Shown here: positions 13,250-24,592 of the stretch, piece by piece
Layout: each line of letters opens with the position of its first letter
How positions within the stretch are numbered: position 1 is the first letter of the stretch
Origin: Takakia lepidozioides
Lineage: Eukaryota > Plantae > Bryophyta
Direction: 5' to 3'
Assembly (NCBI GenBank): GCA_030704615.1
Contig: CM060733.1
Location: forward strand, 40,362,001-40,426,000
DNA: 64,000 bases
Translations under genes and position numbers: made by a program
The notes under the pieces: model-generated
The model's database searches: none
Seen by the model: only the letters and a program-made list of their open reading frames with translations
Told to the model about the DNA's origin: nothing

Positions 13250-14068
13250 TTCGTTGCTCAGCCATGCACAAGCCAATTATCCATGTCAAGCAATTTAGAA
13301 CCATTGCCTGACCCAACACCTGGCGTCGTGATGCCTCTGACAGAGCTAGCACAGATGTAGTGCCCGTGGCAAACCCCATTGTCCGCTCGCGCTCATCCGC
13401 ATTGGGCTCCACCAATTGCTGTAGCACACTGTTCCAAATCAACCCAGGACCATTGTCTCGAAAAGCATGAGACGAGGGAAAGCTCATGAGCGTAGGCAAG
13501 GCTGTACGTGGCTGCCCCACTCGATTGACCACTGCTAGAGGTGGACGGTCATCATGTCGCACCCTCTGTGGTTGCCTCCCTTGGTCTAAAATGCCCTCAA
13601 CCGTAAGATTGGGTGGCCGTTGAATGGAATCATATGCTCTCTTTGAGCAGCTCTGGTGGTGCAAGATTGGTCCACCACAATCGAGGTCGATGCGCGCATG
13701 ATCCCACCACTGCTGCATCCAATAGCACCGTCGATCCAATCCAAGACCGCACCTGATGCACACTGGCCATTACCCTGGCCTGAGAATCCCCCATAAGAGG
13801 AACATTCTCCAAGATATAGCCTAGAGGTTGCACTTGTCTCGTCTGCAAGTCCCGCAACACTCGCAACATCTCCCAAAACAAATGCGATCGTGCATCATGC
13901 AAGCCATTCCTATGACCTGCGGGAGAGTGTCCTTGGCAAGGCCATCCAGCTATCACCAAGTCAATTGCACCATGCCGGTCCAAATCATCCGCCCCCAGCA
14001 CGGTAATGTCTGCTGGCAAGGCCTTTTGGTACCCTTGAATTGCTGAGAGAGGCAGCAACTCAGGGTAC
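13250..14068 (-). pseudogene. C5-cytosine DNA methyltransferase domain (DNMT3-like) embedded in Gypsy pol
   Basis: Motif IV DLVIAGWPCQ, VI YILENV, VIII AHRPRLWWTN. After a 1-nt frameshift near 13641 come motif IX ERERTMGF..GTT and X RRQVLGQAM. Motif I is absent because the element is truncated at ~14068. Confidence 0.88.
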
Positions 14069-15090
14069 TAGTGTGTGAGCAAGGCAACGTGCGCACACTA
14101 CTACAGAAACCGGTTTTTCCAACACCACCCATAGTTCACACTTGGCACTTTGAACAGCTCCTCTTACACCCATGTGAGAGGAGGCAAGGTGTGATCTGGA
14201 CCATTGTAGGAAAACCCACATGGTGTTACAAATTTCACACTCGAATGACACCCATACGGTCAACGGGTGTTGACCAAGATAATGCATATGGGGCATTTGA
14301 CATGAGTATGAAATGAGTCATGGAGTGTGAGGTTAGTGTGAGATGTCCTACAGGAATTTGGGGCAACTATATGGCGTGGCACATTGACCATCCAGGTGGA
14401 AGATAGATGGATGAAATGACTTCCACCTCTACTCAACATGCCTTAGACGACATAACACATAGACTTTTGTTTAGAGAATTTAAAAGTTCAAAAATGTTAT
14501 TAGGGTTATGGGGTCTGCATGTAGAGGGCTGTGGGACTTGTAGTTTTTCCTTGCCACTCGTTTAGAATCTGAATGCCCACCAGTGCTGGCCATCCATTTA
14601 AGTTGATGCCAAAATGCATTTTCATCCAAACATCAAAGCTCTCAAAATAGACAACCTCGAGTAAAATGAGAAGGAGATCGGCAGAACCGAAAGGGCATAG
14701 AATTCTCTTCAATATTGAACACTACCTGCAACTATTGGCTATAACTTGCCCTCTATCCTGTCACATATAATCCCTTCGGGAACCAGCAATCCAAAAAGAT
14801 GCACTGCTCATGCAGCTGACGACAATATCGTTATGAGAATGTCACACTATAATCAACAATGTACAACAATTGCTTTGAGAAGCTATAGATAAAACTACCA
14901 CATGTCGTCTCAGAGATTTGTGAGCGCCAAAAATGTCAACAAATGTCTGTCCAGTCAACCTTGACACGCAGTTCGGGACACACAGCAGAGAGGGCGTAGG
15001 CGCATGTGCACAACAACCCTAGGCCCCTCACAATGAGATAGTCTGAAGCTGAGCTGAGCACGAATTGTGTTGGAGTTTCTGGAATTTCTC

Positions 15091-18000
15091 TCAATTTGGA
15101 TTTTTGTGTTGGAGGTTAATGTTTTTGGATGACTGAGTTGCATTTGCAAACTCGTACAAGTCGTTGTCAATGCCGGTGGGCGGATTTTTGGATTCGCGTA
15201 ATGTTTTCAACCATTTATTGATTTGGGTTATATTTGATTTTTTTGTTGCAGTTTGGATCATTCCTATTTTTGGTGCAGTATGGTGTTGTGGTGATATTTT
15301 CCCGTTGGCATCCGTAATGAGCTTGTTGGTAACCTCGGTCACATATTGATTTTCGCTTGTATTGCATATGAGATATTCGATTTGTAATTTCTGACCTTTT
15401 GTGACTATGTCTTCTGTATGTTGTTGCGATGCTGAATTGTCGTCTACATATATATTGTTGTCATCGTCATCGTGCATTTCGTCTGGCATCTCATTGTATA
15501 AGGGGTCAATGTTGATGTCTTCTGGATTCTCGTCATCATCTAGATTTTCGTTCTTCAGTAACAGTCTGTCGGAGTCTCGTGATTCTTTGCATTCGTGGAG
15601 CATGTCGATATTTGTGATGATTTTTCTGTTGAATTCCAAACATATTGGATATAGTTCGTCGAAAGTGTCTTCCCAACTTTGTTGTGATCTTGGCTTTAAG
15701 TCGTGGATAGATCTCCATGGCATGAACAGAATACAAATAGCGCGAGCGTACGTTGCCGCATCATTTTTTTTCGAAGATATTTTGTAACCTTGTATTACCG
15801 GCACTTTGGTTACCTGGGATTCGTATACACTGTGGGTGTCACTTTGCGGATGTTCATGCATGAATTTGTAGTAGTATGGGTTTTTCACCTTGCACGATTT
15901 GCTGCAGAACTCGTAAGGTGACATTTCCCCGAACTTGTGTGGCCTGCTTTGGTAGTCGATGTGGAAATTATACATAATCAACTTGTCGTTCTGTTTGGAT
16001 CTTTCGACTTTGAACGTTTCGAAGGTGTTTTCGGGGTCGTTATCGTCAGGTGTATTGTTCAGATCGTTGTTTCCATCTTCGTTCGATCGAAATTGTTCTT
16101 GTTCACGGATCCATGCCGATAAACTATACCACGACAGATATGCAAACTGGTGGTCTGTCAAATGGTCTGGATATTTCATCAGGTAAATGACTGCCCTTGT
16201 TGCCGATATCTCTTATTGGGATCCAATTGTGTTCAAACATCGAATCAACAATTTCCGGCTCTTGTCGACTGAATGTTTGGAATATAGATCGTCATAAGTT
16301 GTTTGGATTTTTTTTACTGCTATTTGCAAGAGCGAATACATATGTGATGTGTAGACGGAAGCTTTTGTGATGTAATCCGTGATGTAGTATATCAGTGCCT
16401 TTGCATATTTCCCTGAAGCACCGATGAACTTCAAATCGTGGTTGCATATATCTGATACTAACATCCATGGATTTGCGTTGTTCAACCATCTGTCGGTCCG
16501 TTTTATATGCAGCAGCCCGGTTTCGTCGTCGAAATGCGTTTCTTCAACCAAGACAGCGGGAAATCCGTATCTATAATTCTTTTTGAAAACATCTTCGTTG
16601 GTTTTGTAGCACGCGGGATTGTACACGTGGCGATTGCATACATTCAGTAGTTTTGAGACGTCGTGCGCAAAGTCGGCATGAAATGTTTTAGAGTGAACAT
16701 CGGGAGGTCTGGTAGTGCACGGATGGATTTCGGTGTTTACATTGTTTTCTTCGATGTCGGGGTCAATGGTGGTGGTTGGAATGTCGTCGTCAACCGGTAT
16801 TTTGGATTTGAATTGGATCAAGTCGCGTACTATGATGTTGTCCAAATATGCCAACATTTTTCGTTTGAATTCTTCGTCGTCTTTCAGTTTTTGTACGAGT
16901 TCGTTTGGATTTGGGGCATTTTCTAGCCACATCAATGTGTGTATGTGAAGTGAACCATTTTTCGTCGTTTCGTAATAACCGTAATATGCGTTAATGTTCC
17001 CAAGTACTCCCGTATTTGTTGTGGAAGTTTTGGCGGTCTCTCTGACACGTAGTAGGTATTTAAAAACTGCGTTCACGATGATGTGTACAAATTTAGCTTG
17101 AGATCTCGGATTTGTAGTACAATTGCACGTCTTTCATTGTGGTCCGAGAGGTTTTCGTCGAAAAAAATGTCAAGATCGATGTCGTTCCCACTTAGCAGGG
17201 ACACCAGAGGATAATGTACAAATGCTGGATTTAAAGTGAAGAATAAGCTTGGTGTTCTCAACTGTTGCATCATGTTGAATATTTCGTTTCTGTGTGGCTG
17301 CTTCCAGATGCCATCACTTGTTTACTTGATACTTTCAAGTGACGCAATAACTTTTGAATTTCCGGTTTGTTGTTTATTGTTGTCACGTCTTCTATTATGT
17401 CGTTGAAGTCTTCTGAACGGATATTATTGAGAAGTTGTGCTTCACTTTGAAATGATGATCTCGACACTGTCAATTTTGCGCCTAGGCATATTTGTCTACG
17501 TTGCATCAGATTGAACATGAAGAATGGAAATAGGTGGTGTTTTGAAAAGTCGTGATGGATATCAGTGAGACTCATCAAATACTCAACGTGGGCCTCCAAA
17601 GTTACTTTGATTGGACGGTTTTTTATTTCGGTTACGCCGATTCCAAACGGAAATAACGTTGGAAATATGCACGCGATTAGTTTTCGGTTTGCGTATTCGT
17701 TCACCATTTCGGTTTCGTATGTATATGACAAGTACATGTTTTGCTGTAGTTGCAATCCATTTAAAGCGTTGGAGATTAGGTCGTTGTGCTTTATGTCTAT
17801 TCCGTCGAAATCGATGAGTCCGGAGGTGTCTATGACGGGCTGGATCGTATCGTCGTCTTTGTTGATTGGTGTTTTTTTGTTCTGCAAATCAGTTATGTTG
17901 GTACGATGTTCAGCGTTAGCGAAGTCAATGTCTGTGGATTCAAACACCGATCTCAAGATTGATGGTGGAATATCGTTCTCTGGTAATCCATCCGATATGT

Positions 18001-19510
18001 CGTTATCAATTTGAATGTCCTTGTAACCCGTGTGATTGTTTTTCAGCCACGTTAACCAGGTTGTCACAGCAAGTCGACGTACGTATAGCAAATTACATGT
18101 TTTTACGACATCAATGGGTGGATGTGAAGTGCCGACGAAGTGGATGGCGACCATATCTGATAATGAATCTAAGGGAGGTGGCAATTTGTTCAACAATTCG
18201 ACTGCAAGGCTTGGATTTAAGCAAAACTCACTAAATTTCCTCTCAATGCGCGTTGTCCATTTCCGCCCTTATTTATATATCGTAGTTTGAACAACATGAC
18301 ACGACAACGGTATCTTGCTATTAATGCTTCTTCAACCATGATTAACTTTGGCAAAATGTCGTGAACTTTTCCGATCCACAAACCATTAGCGAGTGCAAAT
18401 TTTGGCATTTTGTTCTTTTTCAAGGTGGAACTACAATTTTTGCAAATCAAGATTGTATGTGCGGTATTTGATACTCCTCGTTTGTCCAATAACAACCCAT
18501 TTAATTTGTCCAACTGATGATTTGTGTCATTGATCAATTCTTGGGGAACCTCTTCTAAGAGAACATGTTCTTCGAAGTGGTTTTCTATTTGTAGGCTTAG
18601 CCACTTTTTCATGTGTTTCACGATGTCGCTTTGTAGTTCATCGATTCTCCATTTGAACATGTTAGAGGTTGTTACGTCTCTGCTGCGAACACAACAATAC
18701 TGATTGGTGAAAATGACATTGCTGATGTATTCGTTGAAGTTGGATAAACAAGACAAGTTGTTCTCCAAACCTATTTCTGGTGGGAACAGATTATTCTTTG
18801 GTTTTTTTGCAGAAACGCAATACATTTGCTCTCGTTTTCTTTTGAGTTTTTCTTTCTCATCATTTTCGTTTGCGATATATTTTCGAATTTGTGTAGCACA
18901 TATTTGATCTTTGATCAATGGATCTTGGTTTTTCTGGAATCTGTATTTTGCCCTTCGTTTGGCTTTTGTCTTTTTTTGATCGGGAGTTAATTGAGATTCA
19001 TTTCCGTGGCTTGTTGATTTTGGATCAATGGATATTGGGTTTTTTGAAATGCGTATTTTTCACGTCTTTTGGCATTTGTCTCTTTCGGATCGGGAGTCGG
19101 TTGAGATTCTATTTCTGTGGTTTGTTGTAGTTTTTCAAATCTGTATTTTTCCCTTCGTTTAGTATTTGTTTCATTTGGATCTATTGTCATGGTTTGTGGT
19201 GGATTTTTGATTCTATAATTTTCCCTTCGTTTAGCATTTGTTTGGTCTGGATCCGGTACCGTGGTTTGTTGTGGATTTTCGACTCTATAATTTTCCCTTC
19301 GTTTAGCATTTGTTTGGCTTGGATCCGGTTTCGTGGTTTGTTGTGGATGTTCAACTCTGTAATTTTCCCTTCGTTTAGCATTTGTTTGGTCTGGATCTGG
19401 TTCCATGGTTTGTTGTGGATGTTCAACTCTGTATTTTTGCTTTCGTTTAGTTTTTCTTTGTTTAAAGCATACTTTCTCCGTCTCTTAGCTTTAGCAAGTT
19501 GTCTATCCAT
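15091..19510 (-). mobile_element. Decayed Helitron-superfamily Rep gene (Helitron2/Helentron-like); helicase missing
   Basis: Fragments in order: N-terminal repeats, MPKFALANGLWIG...GQRALRGN, FPTLFPFG...FNLMQRR, Rep motif 1 PSLFFTLNP, HUH motif GSLHIHTLMW, motif 3 YITDYITK, LFMPWR. Breaks at ~15090 before any P-loop. Confidence 0.85.
18920..19440 (-). repeat. Coding tandem repeat, 66-bp / 22-aa unit (PDPDQTNAKRRENYRVEHPQQT), about 6-7 copies
   Basis: Visible in the DNA and in ORF 18987-19406. Confidence 0.9.
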
Positions 19511-19699
19511 ATTAAACTGACGTTATACACGTAAGTTTTTTTTAATAAATAAATAATGATATTTATGTATACATTGGCATTTTTTATAGAATTAGTAATG
19601 ACCGTCCATGTAATGGAGATTTAGGTATTTGGAGCGAAATTTACCAATGGAAAGATAGTAAGGTGAAAGAAAATTTCAGTGGATAAAAAAAAAGTTTGA

Positions 19700-20530
19700 G
19701 AGTAATAAGAGAGTTTGAGTCTCCGGGATGAAAGAGGAAAAATAAAAAAGAAAAGATAATAAAGGTTTCAATCCCGCCATTCTCTCCTATCGGACTGGGC
19801 TTGAATCCCCTAGTGATGTTGCAAGATATGGGTGAGAGGAAAAATAAAAAATAAAAGATAATAAAGGTTTCAAACCCGTCCGGCTCTCCCTCTTCGGAGA
19901 GAGTTTGAGTGCCCCGATACAAATATTTTCAGAATCGCCATTTTTCCCCACAGGATTGGGCTCAAATCCCCTAGTGATGTTGCAAGATACTCTAGAGAGG
20001 AAAAATAAAAAATAAAAGATAATAAAGGTTTCAAAACCCCCCGACTCTGCCTCTTCGGAGAGAGTTCGAGTCCCGAGATAAAAATTATTTCAAATCCGCC
20101 ATTCTCTCCCACCGGACTGGGCTCGAATCCCCTAGTGATGCTGCAAGATAGGGTGGGTGCAAGGTGGATTGTTCTATTAATGTAACAAGCCTTGGAAGGA
20201 CTTTGAGCCTACGCTAGTATATTGGCGGGGAAAGATTGGATATTTTCTGCACCTAGAGGATATGGGAGAGATGATAAATAAAAAGGAAAAAGATAATAAA
20301 GGTTTCAAAGCCCCCCGGCTCTGCGTCTTCGGAAAGAGTTTGAGCCCCCAGATAAAAGTAGTTTCAGAACCGGCATTCTCCCCCACAGGACTGGCCTCGA
20401 ATCCCCTAGTGATGCTGCAAGATATGGTCGGTGCAAGGTGGATTGTTCTATTAATCTTACAAGTGTTGGAAGGACTTTGAGCCTGCGATGGTATATTGGC
20501 TGGCAAAGATTGGATGATTTGTTGCAGCCT
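19700..20530. repeat. Degenerate tandem array, ~160-bp unit, 4-5 copies, upstream of the Rep gene
   Basis: Recurring AAAAGATAATAAAGGTTTCAA and AATCCCCTAGTGATGYTGCAAGATA; the last two units share an extra ~110-bp extension. Confidence 0.85.
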
Positions 20531-21090
20531 GAATCATCATCCCACCCAACTATAACTATTAGGTTCCACATATGAAATTTCTAAGGAAGGCTAAATATGT
20601 CAGTTTTTTCAAGAATGATGGAAATTTTGAGTTCATCATTTGAGGAGTGGTTATCAGAGGAATCAAAACATTCAGAACGAGTTGTGAATCGTTTGTTGTA
20701 CAACTTGTATTGTAATTTTTATTAACATACAGTTATTTCTTTTTTATATAACATGGAAGATTGGAATATATAAACATTGAGAGGGTACACAAACAATTGC
20801 GTTGAAATGACACGTGTATGACTCACTCATATGCAATTTAGTACTCACAATGGTAAAATTTTATTCAGTACATGCATGATCAAAATTCATTTTTGTTTTG
20901 GAAACTGTACTATACTACGCCAACAAATTTAGTATGTATGAAACTATAGTCTATTCCATCCTGTAGACGTCTTGGGGCTCTACCCAACTGAATGGTTGTT
21001 CATGAAGCGGAACACTACTTGGGCTAATGTGAGCCTCTCAGACGGGACCGTGCTATTATATAACCTTCGTAGGGCAGAATTCCAACATAG

Positions 21091-21845
21091 TCATGTATAT
21101 TGATCCTTGAAAAGACTGACATAATACGAATCGCCACCATTTATTCTTACTGCTATCTTTCCAACTGTAAAGGCCTCCGAGGTCATGTCCCGTGTCTGCA
21201 TTTGTGGTGTGTCATCCACCTGACTGTTTTCATTGTTAAAAGCCATGACAATTGTAGGTTCCACCCACCATCTACATTTGAGAGCCTGCGTCATTTTGTC
21301 TTTGTTTTCAAATTGGTACGACGAGGTTTTGCGTATCTCCGTTGAGGTGGCCAACCCCCAATCACACACTCCAATCTTAATCTCCTCGGTGTCATGTGGA
21401 AAATGCAACAAGATGTTGTTGGGGGACAAGTTGTTGTGTTTGACATGGTTCTTATGGACAACATCCATAATGCTCACAAGTGCCCATGCAAGTTTACTGC
21501 GCTCTCTCCAGAAACGAACCAAACAATCGGTTGTCTGATACTGTTTTTCCGTTCCTGGTTGTCTTTCAATATTTTTGTTGTCCAATCACTGCCCCATTTT
21601 TTGTCAAGCTTCAACATATCACTTATTGTTCCCCCATTCCACCAGCGAGTATAATCCTCTAGCTCAGTTGCATTCACAGCAAAGTATGCAATGACTTCCG
21701 CATGCTGGAATCTCACTGCCAAAGACTCGTCGTTATGTTGCCTCACCGCAACTTCTGGGTTTTTGGCTTTGGGTGTTTTTCCTGTTAGCTCCCAACTACA
21801 CGATATTCGTGAATCGCCAACAATCCTACACTTACGAATCCTGAC
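21091..21845 (-). pseudogene. Protein kinase-like pseudogene, probably TE-associated
   Basis: HNNLSPNNILLH (catalytic loop with D to N), VCDWGLA (DFG equivalent), WWNGGT hinge in another frame; frameshifted. Confidence 0.7.
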
Positions 21846-24592
21846 ATATCATCTTTTTTTGTAGGGGCCAAGTTGTTGGACCTGAGCACTTGTGTTTACG
21901 TAAATAAGACTTATTGTGCTTCCCCCGCTTGATGCTGCCGCTTTCCAATGGACTAACCTAGTCTGGTGATGTGCATTGGCGTTTGCTGAATGCGCCTACC
22001 AGTCGACAAGTTGGTATAACTCGGTTTCCCAGCTAGGCACCCGACCTTCGGTTGTTTCATCCTTCCATGTCCTCATTACCTGCCTCAAATTCCACGTGAC
22101 GTTTTTTGCCCTACTCTCGAGCCAATGCAAGAATTTCGGCTTGTTCCTATCCTCCATCCACTGATCTCCAGCCAAACCCTCTCTCATTCTACTCTCCATA
22201 TTTTGCTGAAAAATACGAAACCCGTCGTGTCCATGCCGGACATAAGCACTTTGCAGCCTCATAATGTCTTTTTCTTTGAAATAATCAAATATAATTCTTT
22301 TAACCCTGTCTAAAGCCTCTGGTCCCGGATAGTGTTGCTTGTTGACCTGGCTATCTCGCTCGTGGGCATGTTTTTCTCTTCCTCCGAGGACATGTATGCC
22401 AAATGTGGAGACCTGAAAGCAAATGATGGGGGAAGGGGTGAAGCTCGACGATGAGCGATAGACAAGAACAAACAAGTCAAAGTGACAATAGGATGGACGG
22501 TAGCTTGGGTGGTTGGGACAATGCAGTTGGGCAGTCTCGCGCCTAAAGAGTCGCAATACTTGTAACCAACTGTGAGCGTCTACAGAGTGCTAGATCCCGT
22601 CATCTATATACATGCCACGGTGTTTTGAAATGTGGGAAGTTGGATGTAATCTGATAGGAGGACTAAATTGGTTCACTTGAAAGTCTAGGCAAGTCACTGG
22701 ATCAATTCACGGAACACCAACATGAACTTGTCACGCTTGTTTTCATTTCAAGTATCAAAGCTTGCGGGGAATGGAGCCATCAGTCGTGGCGTCATTTCCA
22801 TGCATAAAATACAACCATTCAGTCTTTGCTTCGAAGGAAGACGCACAGTAAGCATCACGACCTCCGCTGTTCCTCTTTCTCTGATCCCTCCTCCATAGTT
22901 GCGTGATATTAGAATATAACGTTCCTGTAATCCCTAGTGGTTATATTGGGAGCCAATGCCCCTTACGCGGAACATTTTCTCCGATCAGCCGGCAGTTGTG
23001 TTTGTTGTGCTGCTAGGTATTTAAGTTCTCAAATGTACAGGGTAACTCGGGGCTTCCTTATTGATAAAAGCTTCGTGATACTTGAGAGAGAATCTGTGTA
23101 AGTGCCATAAGAATGGACAGTCAGACAGTTTGGGGCAGGAGAGAGCTAACATGAATTAAGTGTAGTGATCATTCAACAGTACTGGCATTTGCTGGTGTTA
23201 GCTGCAGTTCAGTGAACAATTTCATGTTACTGTTCCCTACTTGCAGTTTTCCATTTTGCACACATCAAGTTTGTGTAATGGTGCTTAGACATACTCTTAG
23301 CGATGTTAGTTTGTTTCACATATGTTAATGTTGCTGTTGCTACATTGCTTGAAAACTTGCTCATGTATCTTCTGCCGTTTTCAGGCTGGATGACAGTTGA
23401 AGGTAGGTGACCAAGTCTGGCCAAGCCAGTGTATGCATCTTCTGCTTAGGCATTTGGAAGTCTACTTAGACTTTGCAATTTTGTTGTACCTAATGGAATG
23501 GTCTTAGAAGTTTGCAAGAGGCCCGAACCTTTATGTGGATTTACTACTTGGAAATAAACTTAGAGAGAGAGAGAAAACTCAGGCCAAAGAAGAACCACTT
23601 GGCCTTACGGCTACTGCCCCTTTCGGGGGTGGGCCCTATAATAAAATAAAAAAACTTAATAAATATCCCAGGGATTCAATCCCCCTGCTCTAATATATAT
23701 ATAAATATATAAAGAAAAAATATCCACTTTGATACCATTACCTGCCAGGTATGAAGGAGGCCTCTTCACTGACAATACCAGACCCTGGCTGGTACGAAAT
23801 GTTTATGATACCCGTCCAACACTGGTTAATACGAACGTGGCAACTAACAGACTCTGATTGCCGTGCATGACCTGCTTGTCTGTGGACTGTGTATAGTCTT
23901 TGGAGGTGTGTTTTCGGGGTGTAGACCCAACATGGGTCCGCGTTTCTTCTTCAGATGAGGCAGTAGATGAGGTACAAAGGATCTGTTCTTTCCATATCTC
24001 TCTCTTTCCTCTTCTATTGTGTGTTATTTTGTTTTGTCCCATATGCAGCTTGGGCATTAGTGGGCGTTATTTAGTTCGTTTTCTTTTTCTGTCTGGAGAG
24101 TTTGCACTTCAAGTTTTGCGTGGTCACTTTCAGGTCCGATCTCTCCCACCACATTGGCGATTGTTGAGAGCACAAACTGCAAATTGAACTCCGCATACGC
24201 AGTTCACGAGTGCAGAGCTAAGATGAAGAGATCAAGCCGGTAGCAGGCTGACTTGCCAAGCTGACAGAAACCCGGATCACAGCTGGCAGTTGCTTTCAGG
24301 TACACTTTGGAAACAAGGTTTGCAAGCAGTCTCAACTGTTGGAACGTAAAAGTATGTAAGGCTGATTTGTGGATTTCTTGAAATAAGAAAGATTGGAGCA
24401 CATTGGGGGTGACCATCAACAGATTGTTCAGGGACGCCTGGACATCTCGGGCTCGTGGCAGCTACTCACCCTAGGCGGTTCAACCCTTTGACATATAGCC
24501 TCGCAGTTCTTGATACTGGGATTACTCCGTGCAGTCCTCACGTCATCCCATATACATCAGGATCCCCCCCAAAGCCCCTTACTTTTTGATCC

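Larger units (their letters stand above)
8964..14068 (-). mobile_element. 5'-truncated, decayed Ty3/Gypsy LTR retrotransposon with domain order DNMT-RT-RNaseH-INT-PHD
   Basis: RT (RMCGDYR, LDLRSGYHQ, PFGLKNAP, YIDD) 12111-12734. RNase H (LHTDWS, AYASR, TDHQPL) 11098-12114. Integrase HHCC and core (DFAGP, TDQG, ERVVQT) ~10300-11010. RT-RH-INT order is Gypsy. No gag or protease. Several stops and frameshifts. Confidence 0.93.

Noticed and set aside
13250-14068. Host DNMT3/DRM gene or bacterial restriction-modification methylase
   Set aside because: Intronless, collinear with pol, decayed like the rest of the element, linear motif order (not DRM-permuted), and no restriction enzyme nearby.
14070-15090. 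Missing gag/protease or DNMT motif I upstream of the Gypsy
   Set aside because: A stop codon directly precedes YPELLP and no FxGxG, CCHC or DSG motif is visible; the segment appears unrelated.
23560-23660. Short element with hairpin CCCCTTTCGGGG and A-rich tail, possibly another LINE/SINE 3' end
   Set aside because: Single copy, only a weak 7-bp flanking repeat, not enough support.
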